From Vibrio phage JSF10, in sequence record KY883654.1: a DNA stretch of 32,000 bases. One strand, given 5' to 3'. Of the stretch, positions 8,674 through 18,069 are shown piece after piece. Both the position numbers and the translations under genes were made by a program. The notes under the pieces were generated by a model. The model saw only the letters and a list, made by a program, of their open reading frames with translations, was not told the origin of the DNA and did no database searches. The first letter of the stretch is position 1, and each line of letters begins with the position of its first letter.

Positions 8674-10137
8674 TTAGCTCACTGTGACTGTAACTTCGTT
8701 AGATGTTACGCTTTCACCGCCGGAGTTGAATACAACTACCTTGTACTTACCTGCTACTGCAGTAGTTACGCCACTCTTAGTGTAAGTAGTAGCCGTAGCC
8801 CCTGGGATAGGTTGACCATCCTTGTACCATTGAGCCCTAACAATGTTAGTACCTAGAACTGTTAGTGTTAGTGTACCCGCTGGCGCAACCGTTTGGTTGG
8901 TTGGCTGCGTAGTGATAGTAGGGTCTGGTAGGTAATGGTTTTCACCATCTCCACTAGCAATAAGAGCATCAATCTCGTTTTTGGTGTACTTAGGGCTTGT
9001 TCCAATGTACACTTCGTCACCTGCTGATAACTCAGTAGGTTGACCTTTGAACTCAATAGTAGTACCTAGCACGTCTGCCGTCTCGATAGAAGGAGAAGAC
9101 AGGTGCGCGGTCGGCAGAACTACTACAAAGCCAGGGGATGCTTGTGAGTATACACCACCAATACACAGGGCTACTTTAAAGCTGTTCTTAACTGGAATAG
9201 ACTGCCTAGTTGAACAGTCGTCTCCTTGGGTCGGTAACAGCTTAGCTATCAGGTCTGCAACGTACTTCTTAGTGCCTACTTCAAGAGGGCTAGCTGAACG
9301 TAGATACGCTTCTACAGAACCAGATACATCAAAAGTACCTGTAAAGGAGCCAATTGGGGTATCTACTCGTGATAGTGTGCTAGGAGTCAGATATGTAATA
9401 TTGTTATTGATAGTCAGAGAACCACCAGTGATAGCAATATCGTACTCTTCTCCATCTGAGTTATCAGTGATTTTAAGAATAGTAAGCTTATTCTTAATAT
9501 ATGCAGCACAGTTGAAGATCTTATCTGGCATTGTGAAATCGGGAGACATGTGGTCGAAAGGTGCAGCTGACCCAAGAGGTTCAAGCCTAGTACCCTGACC
9601 TGTCCAAGTAGTCAAAGCAATGCCTTCAATATCGAAGTTAATCTCTGCCTGCCCGATCTGTACGTCTGTGATTTTATACCATTGCTTGTCTACTAAATAG
9701 AACAGCGTTAGTTTTGTTAACTCGTGGTACTGGTTGTCCCCAAACTTAACTAACATGTTAGTCTTATTGGAAGTAACCCCACCAGAAGTAGAAAGATTTA
9801 AAGGGGACCCGCTTGCCAACGCATGCCATAGAGCATAGTCTGGAGTAAGAACCTGGTCGTCGCTAGAGTCGCCGTTCCCTTTGTCATCTAAGTAAGGTCT
9901 GATGTAAGTTGAGAAGTTCCAGTCAGCAGGGTTCATAGATTGGTTAAACCTAGCGGAACCACGAGTGGGTGCTGGGCCTGCCTCACTCAGAGTAATGTCT
10001 GAGGTATTTGAGTTGTATGAGAAGGAGAAATCTTCCTGAATCATTACTTCCCAAGTGTTGTTTTTTGTAATAGCTTCACTACCTTTTGCGGTACTAACCC
10101 AAAGTCTAGTGTTGCGTAGTAATTGTACTGAAGACAT
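8674..10137 (-). CDS. Major tail tube protein, T5 pb6-like, with C-terminal Ig-like domain
   Basis: 487 aa; LLRNTRLWVSTAK..SNTSDITLSEAGPAPTRGSARFNQSMNPADWNFSTYIRPYLDDK..DYALWHALASG..YIKNKLTILKI..ITGGSLTINNNITYLTP closely matches pb6; the last ~82 aa form an Ig-fold. Confidence 0.92.
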   Translation of the reverse strand: MSSVQLLRNTRLWVSTAKGSEAITKNNTWEVMIQEDFSFSYNSNTSDITLSEAGPAPTRGSARFNQSMNPADWNFSTYIRPYLDDKGNGDSSDDQVLTPDYALWHALASGSPLNLSTSGGVTSNKTNMLVKFGDNQYHELTKLTLFYLVDKQWYKITDVQIGQAEINFDIEGIALTTWTGQGTRLEPLGSAAPFDHMSPDFTMPDKIFNCAAYIKNKLTILKITDNSDGEEYDIAITGGSLTINNNITYLTPSTLSRVDTPIGSFTGTFDVSGSVEAYLRSASPLEVGTKKYVADLIAKLLPTQGDDCSTRQSIPVKNSFKVALCIGGVYSQASPGFVVVLPTAHLSSPSIETADVLGTTIEFKGQPTELSAGDEVYIGTSPKYTKNEIDALIASGDGENHYLPDPTITTQPTNQTVAPAGTLTLTVLGTNIVRAQWYKDGQPIPGATATTYTKSGVTTAVAGKYKVVVFNSGGESVTSNEVTVTVS

Positions 10138-10160
10138 GTTTAAATTTAGCTCCTTATGTT

Positions 10161-10646
10161 TTAATACCTTTTACTTCTCTCGTCATATAAGACTGTAAGT
10201 AATATTTCGCCCACGGCATAAGGCCTTAAAACACCTTCATCTGTGGTTACTTCTTGTAAAGTTACCTGAGTTACAGTGCCTTTTTCGATTGGACTAGTTG
10301 AGTCAGCACCTGGTTTTAATATATCATACTCGAATTCTTCATTAAGATCAATGAAAGTTTTTATATCTTCTATGATTTTTTCCAACTCCTCGGCACTGGC
10401 ATCCTCATTCCTAACGTACACCCTTATAAAGTAGTCTGATTTTAGCCACCTAAACCCTCCAGGAAGATATGTAGGCCTCTCAGACCCTGCGCTAACAGTT
10501 ATAGCAGGGAAAGTCTCAATTTGTGATAGGAAAAGCTGGTCACCAAATACTTGACCATCTATATCTGTCCAGTAGTTGCCAGTACCGTTTAATTCTTGCT
10601 TTAGTTCTTCAACTAAAGAGGTTCTAATGCTTATTCTTCGTGACAT
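10161..10646 (-). CDS. Tail terminator protein (T5 p142-like)
   Basis: 161 aa; position directly upstream of the tail tube gene and size consistent with the T5 tail terminator. Confidence 0.65.
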   Translation of the reverse strand: MSRRISIRTSLVEELKQELNGTGNYWTDIDGQVFGDQLFLSQIETFPAITVSAGSERPTYLPGGFRWLKSDYFIRVYVRNEDASAEELEKIIEDIKTFIDLNEEFEYDILKPGADSTSPIEKGTVTQVTLQEVTTDEGVLRPYAVGEILLTVLYDERSKRY

Positions 10647-10648
10647 AG

Positions 10649-11410
10649 CTACTTCCTTTGTTTGACCTCTACCCTATAGCCGTTATAGAATAAATCCCTA
10701 GCGGCTTTGGCGATAGCCTCACCAATATGTACCTGAGGATTTCTAGCACCTGGCCAAGGCCTTGAATGCATTTCAGGCCTAGTAGATACCAGTGGGTCGA
10801 ATGTTGCGTACGGATAGGTCATGTAAGTGTAAAATACTGACAGCCTAGGCTTAGACCTTTTATTAGTCAGGGGAGTATCGTCAGCCTCTTCTGTCATGGA
10901 TGTTACTTGAAGACTGTTGGCAAACCTACCAGTCCTGAACTTCAATGGCGCATTCTCTTTCTTCATCTGCTTTATCAGATAATTCTTAGCCAAAAGCTCC
11001 AAAGTCCCTCTAAGGTTCCCAATACCTATTCGGGTACCTGGGCCCACCTTTAGCACTTTGCTCTCCTCTAGGCTCTCTACAGAGTCACCTAGCGAAATAG
11101 TTACATCACCCGTGGTTTGCTTACGTCCTACTCTGCTCCTAGGTATCCCCATCTCTTCAAGAATTTGGTCTATAACACCTAGATTTTCAGCCATTAGGCT
11201 TTCTGCTAGTGGTGCTAACATTCTTCTTACTTTACCACTAAGCACAGACTCTGGTACAGGATTCTTTAAATCCATAGTAACTGTGGCTACAGTTGAATCT
11301 ACTCTACTATCTTTTGTAGTAATAGTGTACTTAACACGGTTATTAGCAACGCCAAGCCTATCATCTGATAATGCCTCAGCGACTATATCCTTAAACATTT
11401 TGGAAACCAT
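10649..11410 (-). CDS. Tail completion protein
   Basis: 253 aa between the head-completion-like and tail terminator genes; basic protein with FRTGRFANSLQV segment common in neck/tail completion proteins. Confidence 0.5.
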   Translation of the reverse strand: MVSKMFKDIVAEALSDDRLGVANNRVKYTITTKDSRVDSTVATVTMDLKNPVPESVLSGKVRRMLAPLAESLMAENLGVIDQILEEMGIPRSRVGRKQTTGDVTISLGDSVESLEESKVLKVGPGTRIGIGNLRGTLELLAKNYLIKQMKKENAPLKFRTGRFANSLQVTSMTEEADDTPLTNKRSKPRLSVFYTYMTYPYATFDPLVSTRPEMHSRPWPGARNPQVHIGEAIAKAARDLFYNGYRVEVKQRK

Positions 11411-11411
11411 A

Positions 11412-11954
11412 TTATAGATTCCTGTGTAGGTCTAGTATAGTTCTAACGTGGGGTGGTAGGTTTTTACCAGTTATGAAGCTAACAGATGCACCTGATGCTG
11501 TTATAGACTGAACGTTGTACTCGTCTTTAAAGTAATATCTAGTTAGCAATTTTGCCGCAAGCTTGAGGTCTTCAGTGACCGCATTATCTGCTGTGTACTC
11601 AATTACTAGTAGTGCTCTATCCTGTATCTCTACTGGTGGGAAAATTATATCAATCCTACCAGAGGGCGCTACTACAACGTCCTCTAATGGGATGTTATAC
11701 ACGTTTTTAAACCTGTCTTTGTAAGTTACTGATACTAGCGAGAACTCTGTTGAAAAGTCAAGAAAGTAGGAGTTCCTACCCTTAGAAGTAACCAGTGTGG
11801 TGGACTTAGTGGCGCCTACGGGAGATACATCATAACCTATATAGCCTTCGATAATCTTGGTTACAGCACCAAGTAGTTCTAGAATCCTAGCGTCCTCTTT
11901 AGTACTAGTAGAGCCGATGAAGTCCTTGTATTCTTCTACGGTAATTATCGTCAT
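11412..11954 (-). CDS. Head completion / head-tail connector protein
   Basis: 180 aa; VEEYKDFIGSTSTKEDARILELLGAVTKIIEGYIGYD..LKLAAKLLTRYYFKDEY typical of the gp6/head-tail connector family. Confidence 0.6.
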   Translation of the reverse strand: MTIITVEEYKDFIGSTSTKEDARILELLGAVTKIIEGYIGYDVSPVGATKSTTLVTSKGRNSYFLDFSTEFSLVSVTYKDRFKNVYNIPLEDVVVAPSGRIDIIFPPVEIQDRALLVIEYTADNAVTEDLKLAAKLLTRYYFKDEYNVQSITASGASVSFITGKNLPPHVRTILDLHRNL

Positions 11955-11966
11955 TTTATTACCTCC

Positions 11967-11997
11967 AATAAAAAAGGGCAGGGCATAAGCCCTACCC
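11967..11997 (-). terminator. Rho-independent terminator after the major capsid gene
   Basis: Minus strand GGGTAGGGC-TTAT-GCCCTGCCC-TTTTTTATT (one G-U pair). Confidence 0.82.
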
Positions 11998-12004
11998 TTA
12001 GTTA

Positions 12005-13414
12005 TTACGCAGCAGCGTAAGTTCCGGTTACAACGTTGTTGTTGAAGTAGCGTTGTAGGTTAACACGTTGAGTAACGTAGTACGCATCACGTTGCTCGGA
12101 AGCACGGCGCTCATACTCAACTGTTACTGTACGTTGACGTGGTACAACGAACTCATTGCGGTACACAATAGCACAGAATGGTACGTTAACTGCTTTAGCT
12201 GGGAAGTAGCTAGAAACTACTACAGGCAGACCGTAGATACGACCAACTTGTCCTTGTAGTTTGATAGCTGCTGCAGCAGTTACTTGAGTAACGTCTTGCC
12301 ACTCATCATCTTCCATCAGGTCGTAGTAAGCGTCCATAGAGACGATTAGACCAAGAGCATCAGTACGTAGGCCTTTCAGTCCCAGACGACGACGCAGAGC
12401 GTGAATCATCTTAGCACTTACTTTAACGGTACCATCTGCTTTAGCAGCAGTAGCTACGTTGTTTCCATCGATCTTAGCTAGGTCTAGAAGACCAGTTGGG
12501 CGTCCAGTCCTTAGAGCTGAAACAGTACCATCACCCATGAAAGCTTTTTCAATTGCTTGAACGTGAGCTTCGATTAGGTGGCGACGGATGATTGGTAGAA
12601 GAGTCATGATAGCATCTTCTTCAGTTTCATCAGTCATGTAAGCTTTAGCAGCAAGCTTGAAGGTTTCGAAGGTGATGCTGGTTAGAGCAACAGTGATTTC
12701 GTTACCAACAGTAGTAGGTTTACCATAAGTAGAAGCGTCTACCCAAGTAGCGTCTTGCGCGTCTGGTTCGATTTGCATTGTGATTTTCTTGCTAGTCATT
12801 GGCAGTTCTTGGAACATTGAACCAACTACTAGAAGCTTTTGAATATCACGTAGAATGCGGTTAGAGAACACGGTCTCATACTCTTCACTAGAAACAGTGA
12901 TTGAGGAGCTAGAGTTAACTGCTTTTTGTAGGTTTTCACCGAAAGTAGTTTCGAAAACGCCTTTCTTAGTGATAAAGCTAAGCAAAACTGCTTTCTCAGC
13001 TTCCGCTTCGAAATCTTCCTGTTTAGACAGGTTGAATGCTTTACCTACTGCTACTGCAATGCTATTCTTACCATCGCGAGCGTTAAGGATTTGTGCAATT
13101 TCTTCAGACTTAGCAGTAACTTGGTCTTGAACTTCTTTCAGCTTAGCTGCGAAACCTTCAACGTCGTTAGAGTTCAGCTTCTCAGTAAGAGCACCGATAA
13201 GTTTGATAGCGTCTTCTAGTTTTTGCTTCTGCTCACCAGTAGCAGCTTCTACTAGGGACTTAATACGTGCTTCTTCGGCTTCACGAGCAGCTTTTGCAGC
13301 TTTCTCTTGATCTTCACGCTCTTTAGCAGTCTTAATGTCCTTCGCTAGGTCTAGAATTTGGTCGATACCTAGTCTTTGTTGAAGTTCTAGGATTTCTTGT
13401 GCGGTCATTGGCAT
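12005..13414 (-). CDS. Major capsid protein precursor with N-terminal delta domain (T5 pb8-like)
   Basis: 469 aa; Glu/Lys/Ala coiled-coil N-terminus then HK97-fold sequence (MTSKKITMQIEPDAQDATWVDASTYG..LIVSMDAYYDL..GRIYGLPVVVSSYFP). Confidence 0.88.
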   Translation of the reverse strand: MPMTAQEILELQQRLGIDQILDLAKDIKTAKEREDQEKAAKAAREAEEARIKSLVEAATGEQKQKLEDAIKLIGALTEKLNSNDVEGFAAKLKEVQDQVTAKSEEIAQILNARDGKNSIAVAVGKAFNLSKQEDFEAEAEKAVLLSFITKKGVFETTFGENLQKAVNSSSSITVSSEEYETVFSNRILRDIQKLLVVGSMFQELPMTSKKITMQIEPDAQDATWVDASTYGKPTTVGNEITVALTSITFETFKLAAKAYMTDETEEDAIMTLLPIIRRHLIEAHVQAIEKAFMGDGTVSALRTGRPTGLLDLAKIDGNNVATAAKADGTVKVSAKMIHALRRRLGLKGLRTDALGLIVSMDAYYDLMEDDEWQDVTQVTAAAAIKLQGQVGRIYGLPVVVSSYFPAKAVNVPFCAIVYRNEFVVPRQRTVTVEYERRASEQRDAYYVTQRVNLQRYFNNNVVTGTYAAA

Positions 13415-13417
13415 GGT

Positions 13418-14029
13418 TTAGTTTTCCTTTCTGATACCTAGCGCTAAGGCTAGCTTTTCTAATACATCAGGTTCGTTATTGGGTTGGCTATCAGAGCCAC
13501 GAAGCTGTTTTCTAAATAATTCATAGTCAGAAGCATTAAGGCTCTTAGCTACTTCAAACACTGAATCTTGATTGCATGGAACTGAAACTACAGAGATCTC
13601 GTATAGTTCTAGTTCTTTGATTAGATAAATATCCTCGTTCTTCTTCCACTCAGCATCAAGAATCCTGAATCCAACACTGAAAGTTTTTAGGATACCATCT
13701 TTAATTAGGTTATAAACACCCATGTCAGCTTTGCTAATCTCGGCTTCGATAAGAAGACCAGCATCTGTAACCTCGTAATCCACCATCTTTCCAATCGGCT
13801 TAGAGTGGTTATGGAAGGCTAGGATTATAGGGTTTTTCTTGTAGTTAGTCATGGCTGACGGAGCTAACCAAGCATCTTTAGGGATAACATCGCCGGCTCG
13901 GTCACGAGTGACCGTGTTGGCGAAACCCCTGATTACTAGCTTTTCACTTTCCTGCTCGTTAGCTGCTGCTTTTGTCTCAGCCTCGAAAAAGGCCGATAGG
14001 GAAATATCTACTGGGTTACTTAACTTCAT
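13418..14029 (-). CDS. Prohead maturation protease (HK97/S78 family)
   Basis: VIRGFANTVTRDRAGDVIPKDAWL..NPIILAFHNHSKPIGK..GILKTFSVGFR..ELYEISVVSVPCN. Confidence 0.9.
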   Translation of the reverse strand: MKLSNPVDISLSAFFEAETKAAANEQESEKLVIRGFANTVTRDRAGDVIPKDAWLAPSAMTNYKKNPIILAFHNHSKPIGKMVDYEVTDAGLLIEAEISKADMGVYNLIKDGILKTFSVGFRILDAEWKKNEDIYLIKELELYEISVVSVPCNQDSVFEVAKSLNASDYELFRKQLRGSDSQPNNEPDVLEKLALALGIRKEN

Positions 14030-14264
14030 CTTGCTTTACCTCGGTTTTAGTTTTAGCACCTACAGGCTTAGCTAGTTTGGTTAAAAACTCTTCATACTCT
14101 GCACGAAACCTTGAGTAGTTTAGTGCATTATTGAGGGTTTTGTAACGCCTTTCCAAATCCTTCCTAGTAAGCTCATTTTTAGGATTTGAGAAGAAATCCG
14201 TATGACTAGCAGGAAGGTTTTGCCCAAAGTCGTTATAAACCTTGTTAAAGTTTATGTTTGTCAC
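14016..14264 (-). CDS. Small conserved-position structural/assembly protein
   Basis: 82 aa between portal and protease with overlapping start/stop codons on both sides. Confidence 0.55.
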   Translation of the reverse strand: MTNINFNKVYNDFGQNLPASHTDFFSNPKNELTRKDLERRYKTLNNALNYSRFRAEYEEFLTKLAKPVGAKTKTEVKQDEVK

Positions 14265-15481
14265 TGTTTAGGTTCCTTTGGAGGCTTACCTCCCTCTTGA
14301 CCTGACACACCAGTATTAGAACCCGCAATATTTTGAGGTATCCTAATTTTATCCATTTCAGGGTCGTCAAGTGGCTCATACCTAAGCTCAATCCTACCCT
14401 CGTTACCGGTGATTATTCCATTATTTACTTTGGAACTAACGGCTTTAGCTTTCGCCTCTTCATCTGGGGCTAGGGCTGCTATATCATCAGTCATTAACTT
14501 TATATCGTAAGCGAAGAACAACTCAAACACAGACTCGAATTTCTTCATCATTGGAAGTATAGTCATGTAGAAGAGCAGGTCAATGTTAGGCCTAATGTTA
14601 GCGTTATTACCAGAGTCTAGTAGTAGGGGAGGAACTCCCAGAGCTACGCAAACTTTCTTCTCAAAGTCAGCAACCTCGTTACCAACATCCAAGTCTTTAG
14701 TAGTGGTAGGGGTAAGTGTCCTAGCCTTCATACCAGCATCTAAAATCTTGACAGAAGATTTACCCGTCTTAGGGTTGTAATCTAGAGATAACTCTTCTTC
14801 GTAGCGCTGTCTAAGCTTCTTATTAAGAACAGTTTCTGTCTCCACGATTAAAGAAAACACTGCACCATTATCAAAGAACTTTTCTTTGAATTGCAGTAGT
14901 TTATCTCTGCGCACAATACCTTCCAGACTGCTAAGAATCCTAGAGTAACCACGTATTTGTGCAGAGTTTCCTGGCCTATAAGCGTTATCCTTAATAAAGA
15001 TAATTTCATTTGGTTGAAATTCTACCTGACCAGCATAAATAAAGCGATTGACATACTTGGTTGCATCAGCATACACTTCCATGTTATTGGCAGGTATATG
15101 ATACAAGGAGTATCCGTCCCAATGAATAAATGCCCAACCCTCCATTAGGAAGTCCATGATAACTAGCCTCCAGAAGGTGCTAGCATCCATGAAAGGGTTT
15201 GGCCTTACATTTAGAATTTCTTTAAGCTTTTCTTTACGAATACCACCTGGAGCTTTCGACGAACCTAGAGCAGTAAAGGAGTATGCATCTTTAATATCGT
15301 AGCGTACTTGACATGCGCTGTCAATAAGAAGGTTGACACATCTGTTAACTACTTCAACCCTCTCAAAAGCAGCTGCGGTAGTCCAAGGAGTCTTGTTACT
15401 ACTGGCGGAAGCTGAGTCATCTCTAGCTATAACCCTCTGAGCTGGGTTGAGCTTATTCATAAAATTATCTAACCAGCCCAT
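14261..15481 (-). CDS. Portal protein (T5 pb7-like)
   Basis: 406 aa; phage portal motifs (VVNRCVNLLIDSACQV..NPFMDASTFWRLVIMDFLMEGWAFI..GVPPLLLDSGN). Confidence 0.85.
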   Translation of the reverse strand: MGWLDNFMNKLNPAQRVIARDDSASASSNKTPWTTAAAFERVEVVNRCVNLLIDSACQVRYDIKDAYSFTALGSSKAPGGIRKEKLKEILNVRPNPFMDASTFWRLVIMDFLMEGWAFIHWDGYSLYHIPANNMEVYADATKYVNRFIYAGQVEFQPNEIIFIKDNAYRPGNSAQIRGYSRILSSLEGIVRRDKLLQFKEKFFDNGAVFSLIVETETVLNKKLRQRYEEELSLDYNPKTGKSSVKILDAGMKARTLTPTTTKDLDVGNEVADFEKKVCVALGVPPLLLDSGNNANIRPNIDLLFYMTILPMMKKFESVFELFFAYDIKLMTDDIAALAPDEEAKAKAVSSKVNNGIITGNEGRIELRYEPLDDPEMDKIRIPQNIAGSNTGVSGQEGGKPPKEPKQ

Positions 15482-15484
15482 TAA

Positions 15485-15967
15485 TTATACCTTAAAGCTA
15501 GAAATATCTAGCCTCTGTACCATGTACTTACACAAGTCAGACTCACCATAATTAGGTAAGCTAGGAGTTACTGATACGAGATTGTCTGGCAACCCTTCTG
15601 TACGTCCTCGTTGAATCCTTACCCAGTTACGCTGCTTTTCAGCAGTATGTAGTGGGGGTTCCTGCGTATATATCTTGTGTAACAATACATGGTGAGTGTT
15701 GCAAAGAGTAACAGTGTCCTCTACTAATTCATGCCAATATTTTTTATAGAAGTCGTCCCGCATAGCGAGAACTTGTTCGTCAGTAGAGATAGGAATGCTA
15801 TTCTCTCTGGCATAGTTCTTTAGAAGTAGGGACACTGTATGATAGTGGTGCAGCTCTAAATCTTCATTAGTACTGCAAATCTCACAATAATCTTTTTTAC
15901 GATAATGAGACTTGATACCATCACGAATGTGTTTAGTAGCAACTCTCTTGTTAGTGTTGGCTGCCAT
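15485..15967 (-). CDS. HNH endonuclease near the terminase
   Basis: CEICSTNEDLELHHYHTV..VTLCNTHHVLLHK; start reassigned from 16006 to the internal ATG (MAANTNKR) preceded by AAAGGAGG. Confidence 0.82.
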   Translation of the reverse strand: MAANTNKRVATKHIRDGIKSHYRKKDYCEICSTNEDLELHHYHTVSLLLKNYARENSIPISTDEQVLAMRDDFYKKYWHELVEDTVTLCNTHHVLLHKIYTQEPPLHTAEKQRNWVRIQRGRTEGLPDNLVSVTPSLPNYGESDLCKYMVQRLDISSFKV

Positions 15968-16020
15968 AAGGCCTCCTTTCAAACTTATGGAACTAGTATA
16001 TAGCAATGAGAGAAAGATGT

Positions 16021-16044
16021 AAAGCAGGAATTATTTCTCCTGCT
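16021..16044 (-). terminator. Possible weak terminator/attenuator hairpin after terL
   Basis: AAGCAGGA-N8-TCCTGCTT 8-bp stem in the 157-bp gap between terL and the HNH start; only a short T tract. Confidence 0.35.
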
Positions 16045-16124
16045 TGGGATACCAGACATATATAAGGTTACTCTAGTTACCTAAAGAATCTGTGGCACAC
16101 TAGGTACTTTAGGGTTCTCCCACC

Positions 16125-17447
16125 CTACCTACAATAGGTATATATCGCGTAACGGAGTGCATCCGCCAGGTGGGAGTATCCATTGTGGTCGGGGCGCTCT
16201 TTTCCGGTGTTATCAGTCTTAGGGTCCCAACGGTAGTTAATAAACATCTCTCTAAGCTTAGGACAAGCGTGTGACACAATAATCTTATCTTGTTCTAGTA
16301 GTGAGGCAACATAGTTGATACCTTGGTTTATATCCTTCTTAGCAGACATACTAGCAATATCATACTCTCCTGCTAGGTCAGCCCTAAATTGGGCTGCTGC
16401 AGAGTCACAGAATATCATATCAATATCCCACTTGTCTATGTCTCTCTGGAACCTTTCAGCGTGAACCCTAGTAGTCTTGGAGTTCAGCTCGTATTCACTA
16501 ACTACGTAGAATATATCATCCTCTAGGTCGTATTTAATTACCACACTAGCGGTAGGGTCACGGAAACCGTGGTCGATACCCATTATAGTCTCAAATCTAG
16601 TAGTATCTGAAAAATCCATTTCTGATAAGTCTAGGAAGTGTCTATCAAAAGAGAAAGCAGTATAGATACGTCCTTGGAATACTGAGAAGTCTGCCTCGTA
16701 CTCTTGACGGAAGAATTCATCAGAGTTAGTAACACGAGCTTGCTCAATGTCCTCTAAGCTAGCACGAGGATTGTCTCTCCATGTACCGTGAATTGCTACC
16801 CAGTTTGCTAGTTTAGGATCTGTAGATTTGCCTTGTTCAAAGAAAGTCTTAAAATAGTTAGAACCACGAGGGGTACTAATAAAGATTGCTTTACTATTTG
16901 GTTTATCCAGAGTAGGACGTAAAGCCACCATGAACGCCTCACCACCCTTGTCTGAAAGAGCAGCTTCGTCAAATACTATTAAGTCGTAAGAACGACCAAC
17001 CGCAGAGTCCGCACGTTCAGCAGACGCTAACTTAATCAGAGTACCATTACTTAAAACGATTTCCCTATCCTTAGCGTTCTCTTTCTCAGTGTCTAAATTG
17101 AAGTACTTAATATACTTCTTAATCTCAGTCCAGCCGATTTCAGCTAGGGAGTAATTGGGTGCTACTATAAGTACCTTACTGTTAGGCTCCAGTGCTTTCA
17201 AGAATGCTAGAGCAAAGGACACGAATGACTTACCAACACGACGAGAAACACAAGCTACTACGAAACGGTGTCTGGGGTCATTAATAGCATTAATTATAGC
17301 TATTTGCGGTTTGTTTAGTATAATTGGAGACCCATTGTCCGCTTCCAATAGGTCAACGAAAGGGTTTACAGGAAGTTTAAAGAAGCGAGTATCAATGTCA
17401 AAGTCTTCGATATACTCGCAATTTATATACTCGCGAGAACAGTACAT
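16125..17447 (-). CDS. terL: Terminase large subunit
   Basis: Walker A VVACVSRRVGKSFVS, Walker B YDLIVFDEAA, nuclease MGIDHGFRDPTASVV; 440 aa. Confidence 0.95.
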   Translation of the reverse strand: MYCSREYINCEYIEDFDIDTRFFKLPVNPFVDLLEADNGSPIILNKPQIAIINAINDPRHRFVVACVSRRVGKSFVSFALAFLKALEPNSKVLIVAPNYSLAEIGWTEIKKYIKYFNLDTEKENAKDREIVLSNGTLIKLASAERADSAVGRSYDLIVFDEAALSDKGGEAFMVALRPTLDKPNSKAIFISTPRGSNYFKTFFEQGKSTDPKLANWVAIHGTWRDNPRASLEDIEQARVTNSDEFFRQEYEADFSVFQGRIYTAFSFDRHFLDLSEMDFSDTTRFETIMGIDHGFRDPTASVVIKYDLEDDIFYVVSEYELNSKTTRVHAERFQRDIDKWDIDMIFCDSAAAQFRADLAGEYDIASMSAKKDINQGINYVASLLEQDKIIVSHACPKLREMFINYRWDPKTDNTGKERPDHNGYSHLADALRYAIYTYCR

Positions 17448-17923
17448 TACCTACCTCCTGCTAGTTTTTGTAATAGTGCCATATAATTAGAGTCTTCGCT
17501 GCCAACTATATTAATGTTGTTTTGAACGTTAGTCTGGTTAGAAGGAGAGCCTTTAGCAGCCCTAGCTTTTTCAAGCTCAACCTCTAATTTCATCTCGTCC
17601 ATTTTCATTCTATGGTATGCTTTTGCTAACTCAAGAATATCAGCACTAGTACCAACACCACTTGCCGTTATTTCATCAATCTTCATGTTAATAAGTTGAT
17701 CCATGAGACCAAATAACCTATCACGGTTCCTAAAGCCTGTTTCATAGAACATTCTATTAATATAGGATTTTACTTCTGGTTTCTTTAGTTGCGCGTCGAT
17801 CTCGGCCACCGGTAGGCCTAACTCCGACGCGACCTTTTTGGTATCACCACCAAGACTTAAATATGTCTCAGCGATTCTTAGCCCCTCAGGAGCTATAATA
17901 TCTGGGAGTAGATTATCACTCAT
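17447..17923 (-). CDS. Terminase small subunit (probable)
   Basis: 158 aa with HTH-like N-terminus, overlapping the terL start; good GGAGG before ATG. Confidence 0.7.
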   Translation of the reverse strand: MSDNLLPDIIAPEGLRIAETYLSLGGDTKKVASELGLPVAEIDAQLKKPEVKSYINRMFYETGFRNRDRLFGLMDQLINMKIDEITASGVGTSADILELAKAYHRMKMDEMKLEVELEKARAAKGSPSNQTNVQNNINIVGSEDSNYMALLQKLAGGR

Positions 17924-17945
17924 AGTATTCCTCCATTTACCTACG

Positions 17946-17974
17946 ATTATATATTAAAGATCCAAGCATGTCAA
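17946..17974 (-). promoter_or_regulatory. Perfect-consensus sigma70-type promoter driving the leftward late operon
   Basis: Minus strand TTGACA-N17-TATAAT (rc of tgtcaa 17969-17974 and attata 17946-17951), 22 nt upstream of the terS ATG. Confidence 0.88.
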
Positions 17975-17976
17975 AG

Positions 17977-17994
17977 CATGAATCTACATTCATG
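17977..17994. promoter_or_regulatory. Operator-like inverted repeat between the divergent promoters
   Basis: CATGAAT-CTAC-ATTCATG perfect 7-bp arms, abutting the -35 of the leftward promoter. Confidence 0.45.
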
Positions 17995-18016
17995 TCGAGA
18001 TTTTTAAAATACTGTA

Positions 18017-18045
18017 TTGATAATCGCCTAGGGCTAGTGTATAAT
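18017..18045 (+). promoter_or_regulatory. Strong sigma70-type promoter for the rightward receptor-binding gene
   Basis: TTGATA-N17-TATAAT, 24 nt before the ATG at 18070 and overlapping the ORF-track version of the ORF. Confidence 0.82.
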
Positions 18046-18069
18046 GGAACTAATCGGAGGATTATTCAA

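Noticed and set aside
8868-13130. Antisense ORFs (8868 -, 9047 +, 11058 +, 12068 +, 12855 +) in structural genes
   Set aside because: Overlap well-supported CDSs in another frame; no RBS or recognisable product.
17155-17490. Plus-strand 111-aa ORF opposite terL
   Set aside because: Antisense to a protein with clear ATPase motifs.
17968-18069. N-terminal extension of the 658-aa ORF
   Set aside because: It overlaps the leftward -35 box, the palindrome and the rightward promoter; the ATG at 18070 has a good Shine-Dalgarno and gives the pb5-like start.
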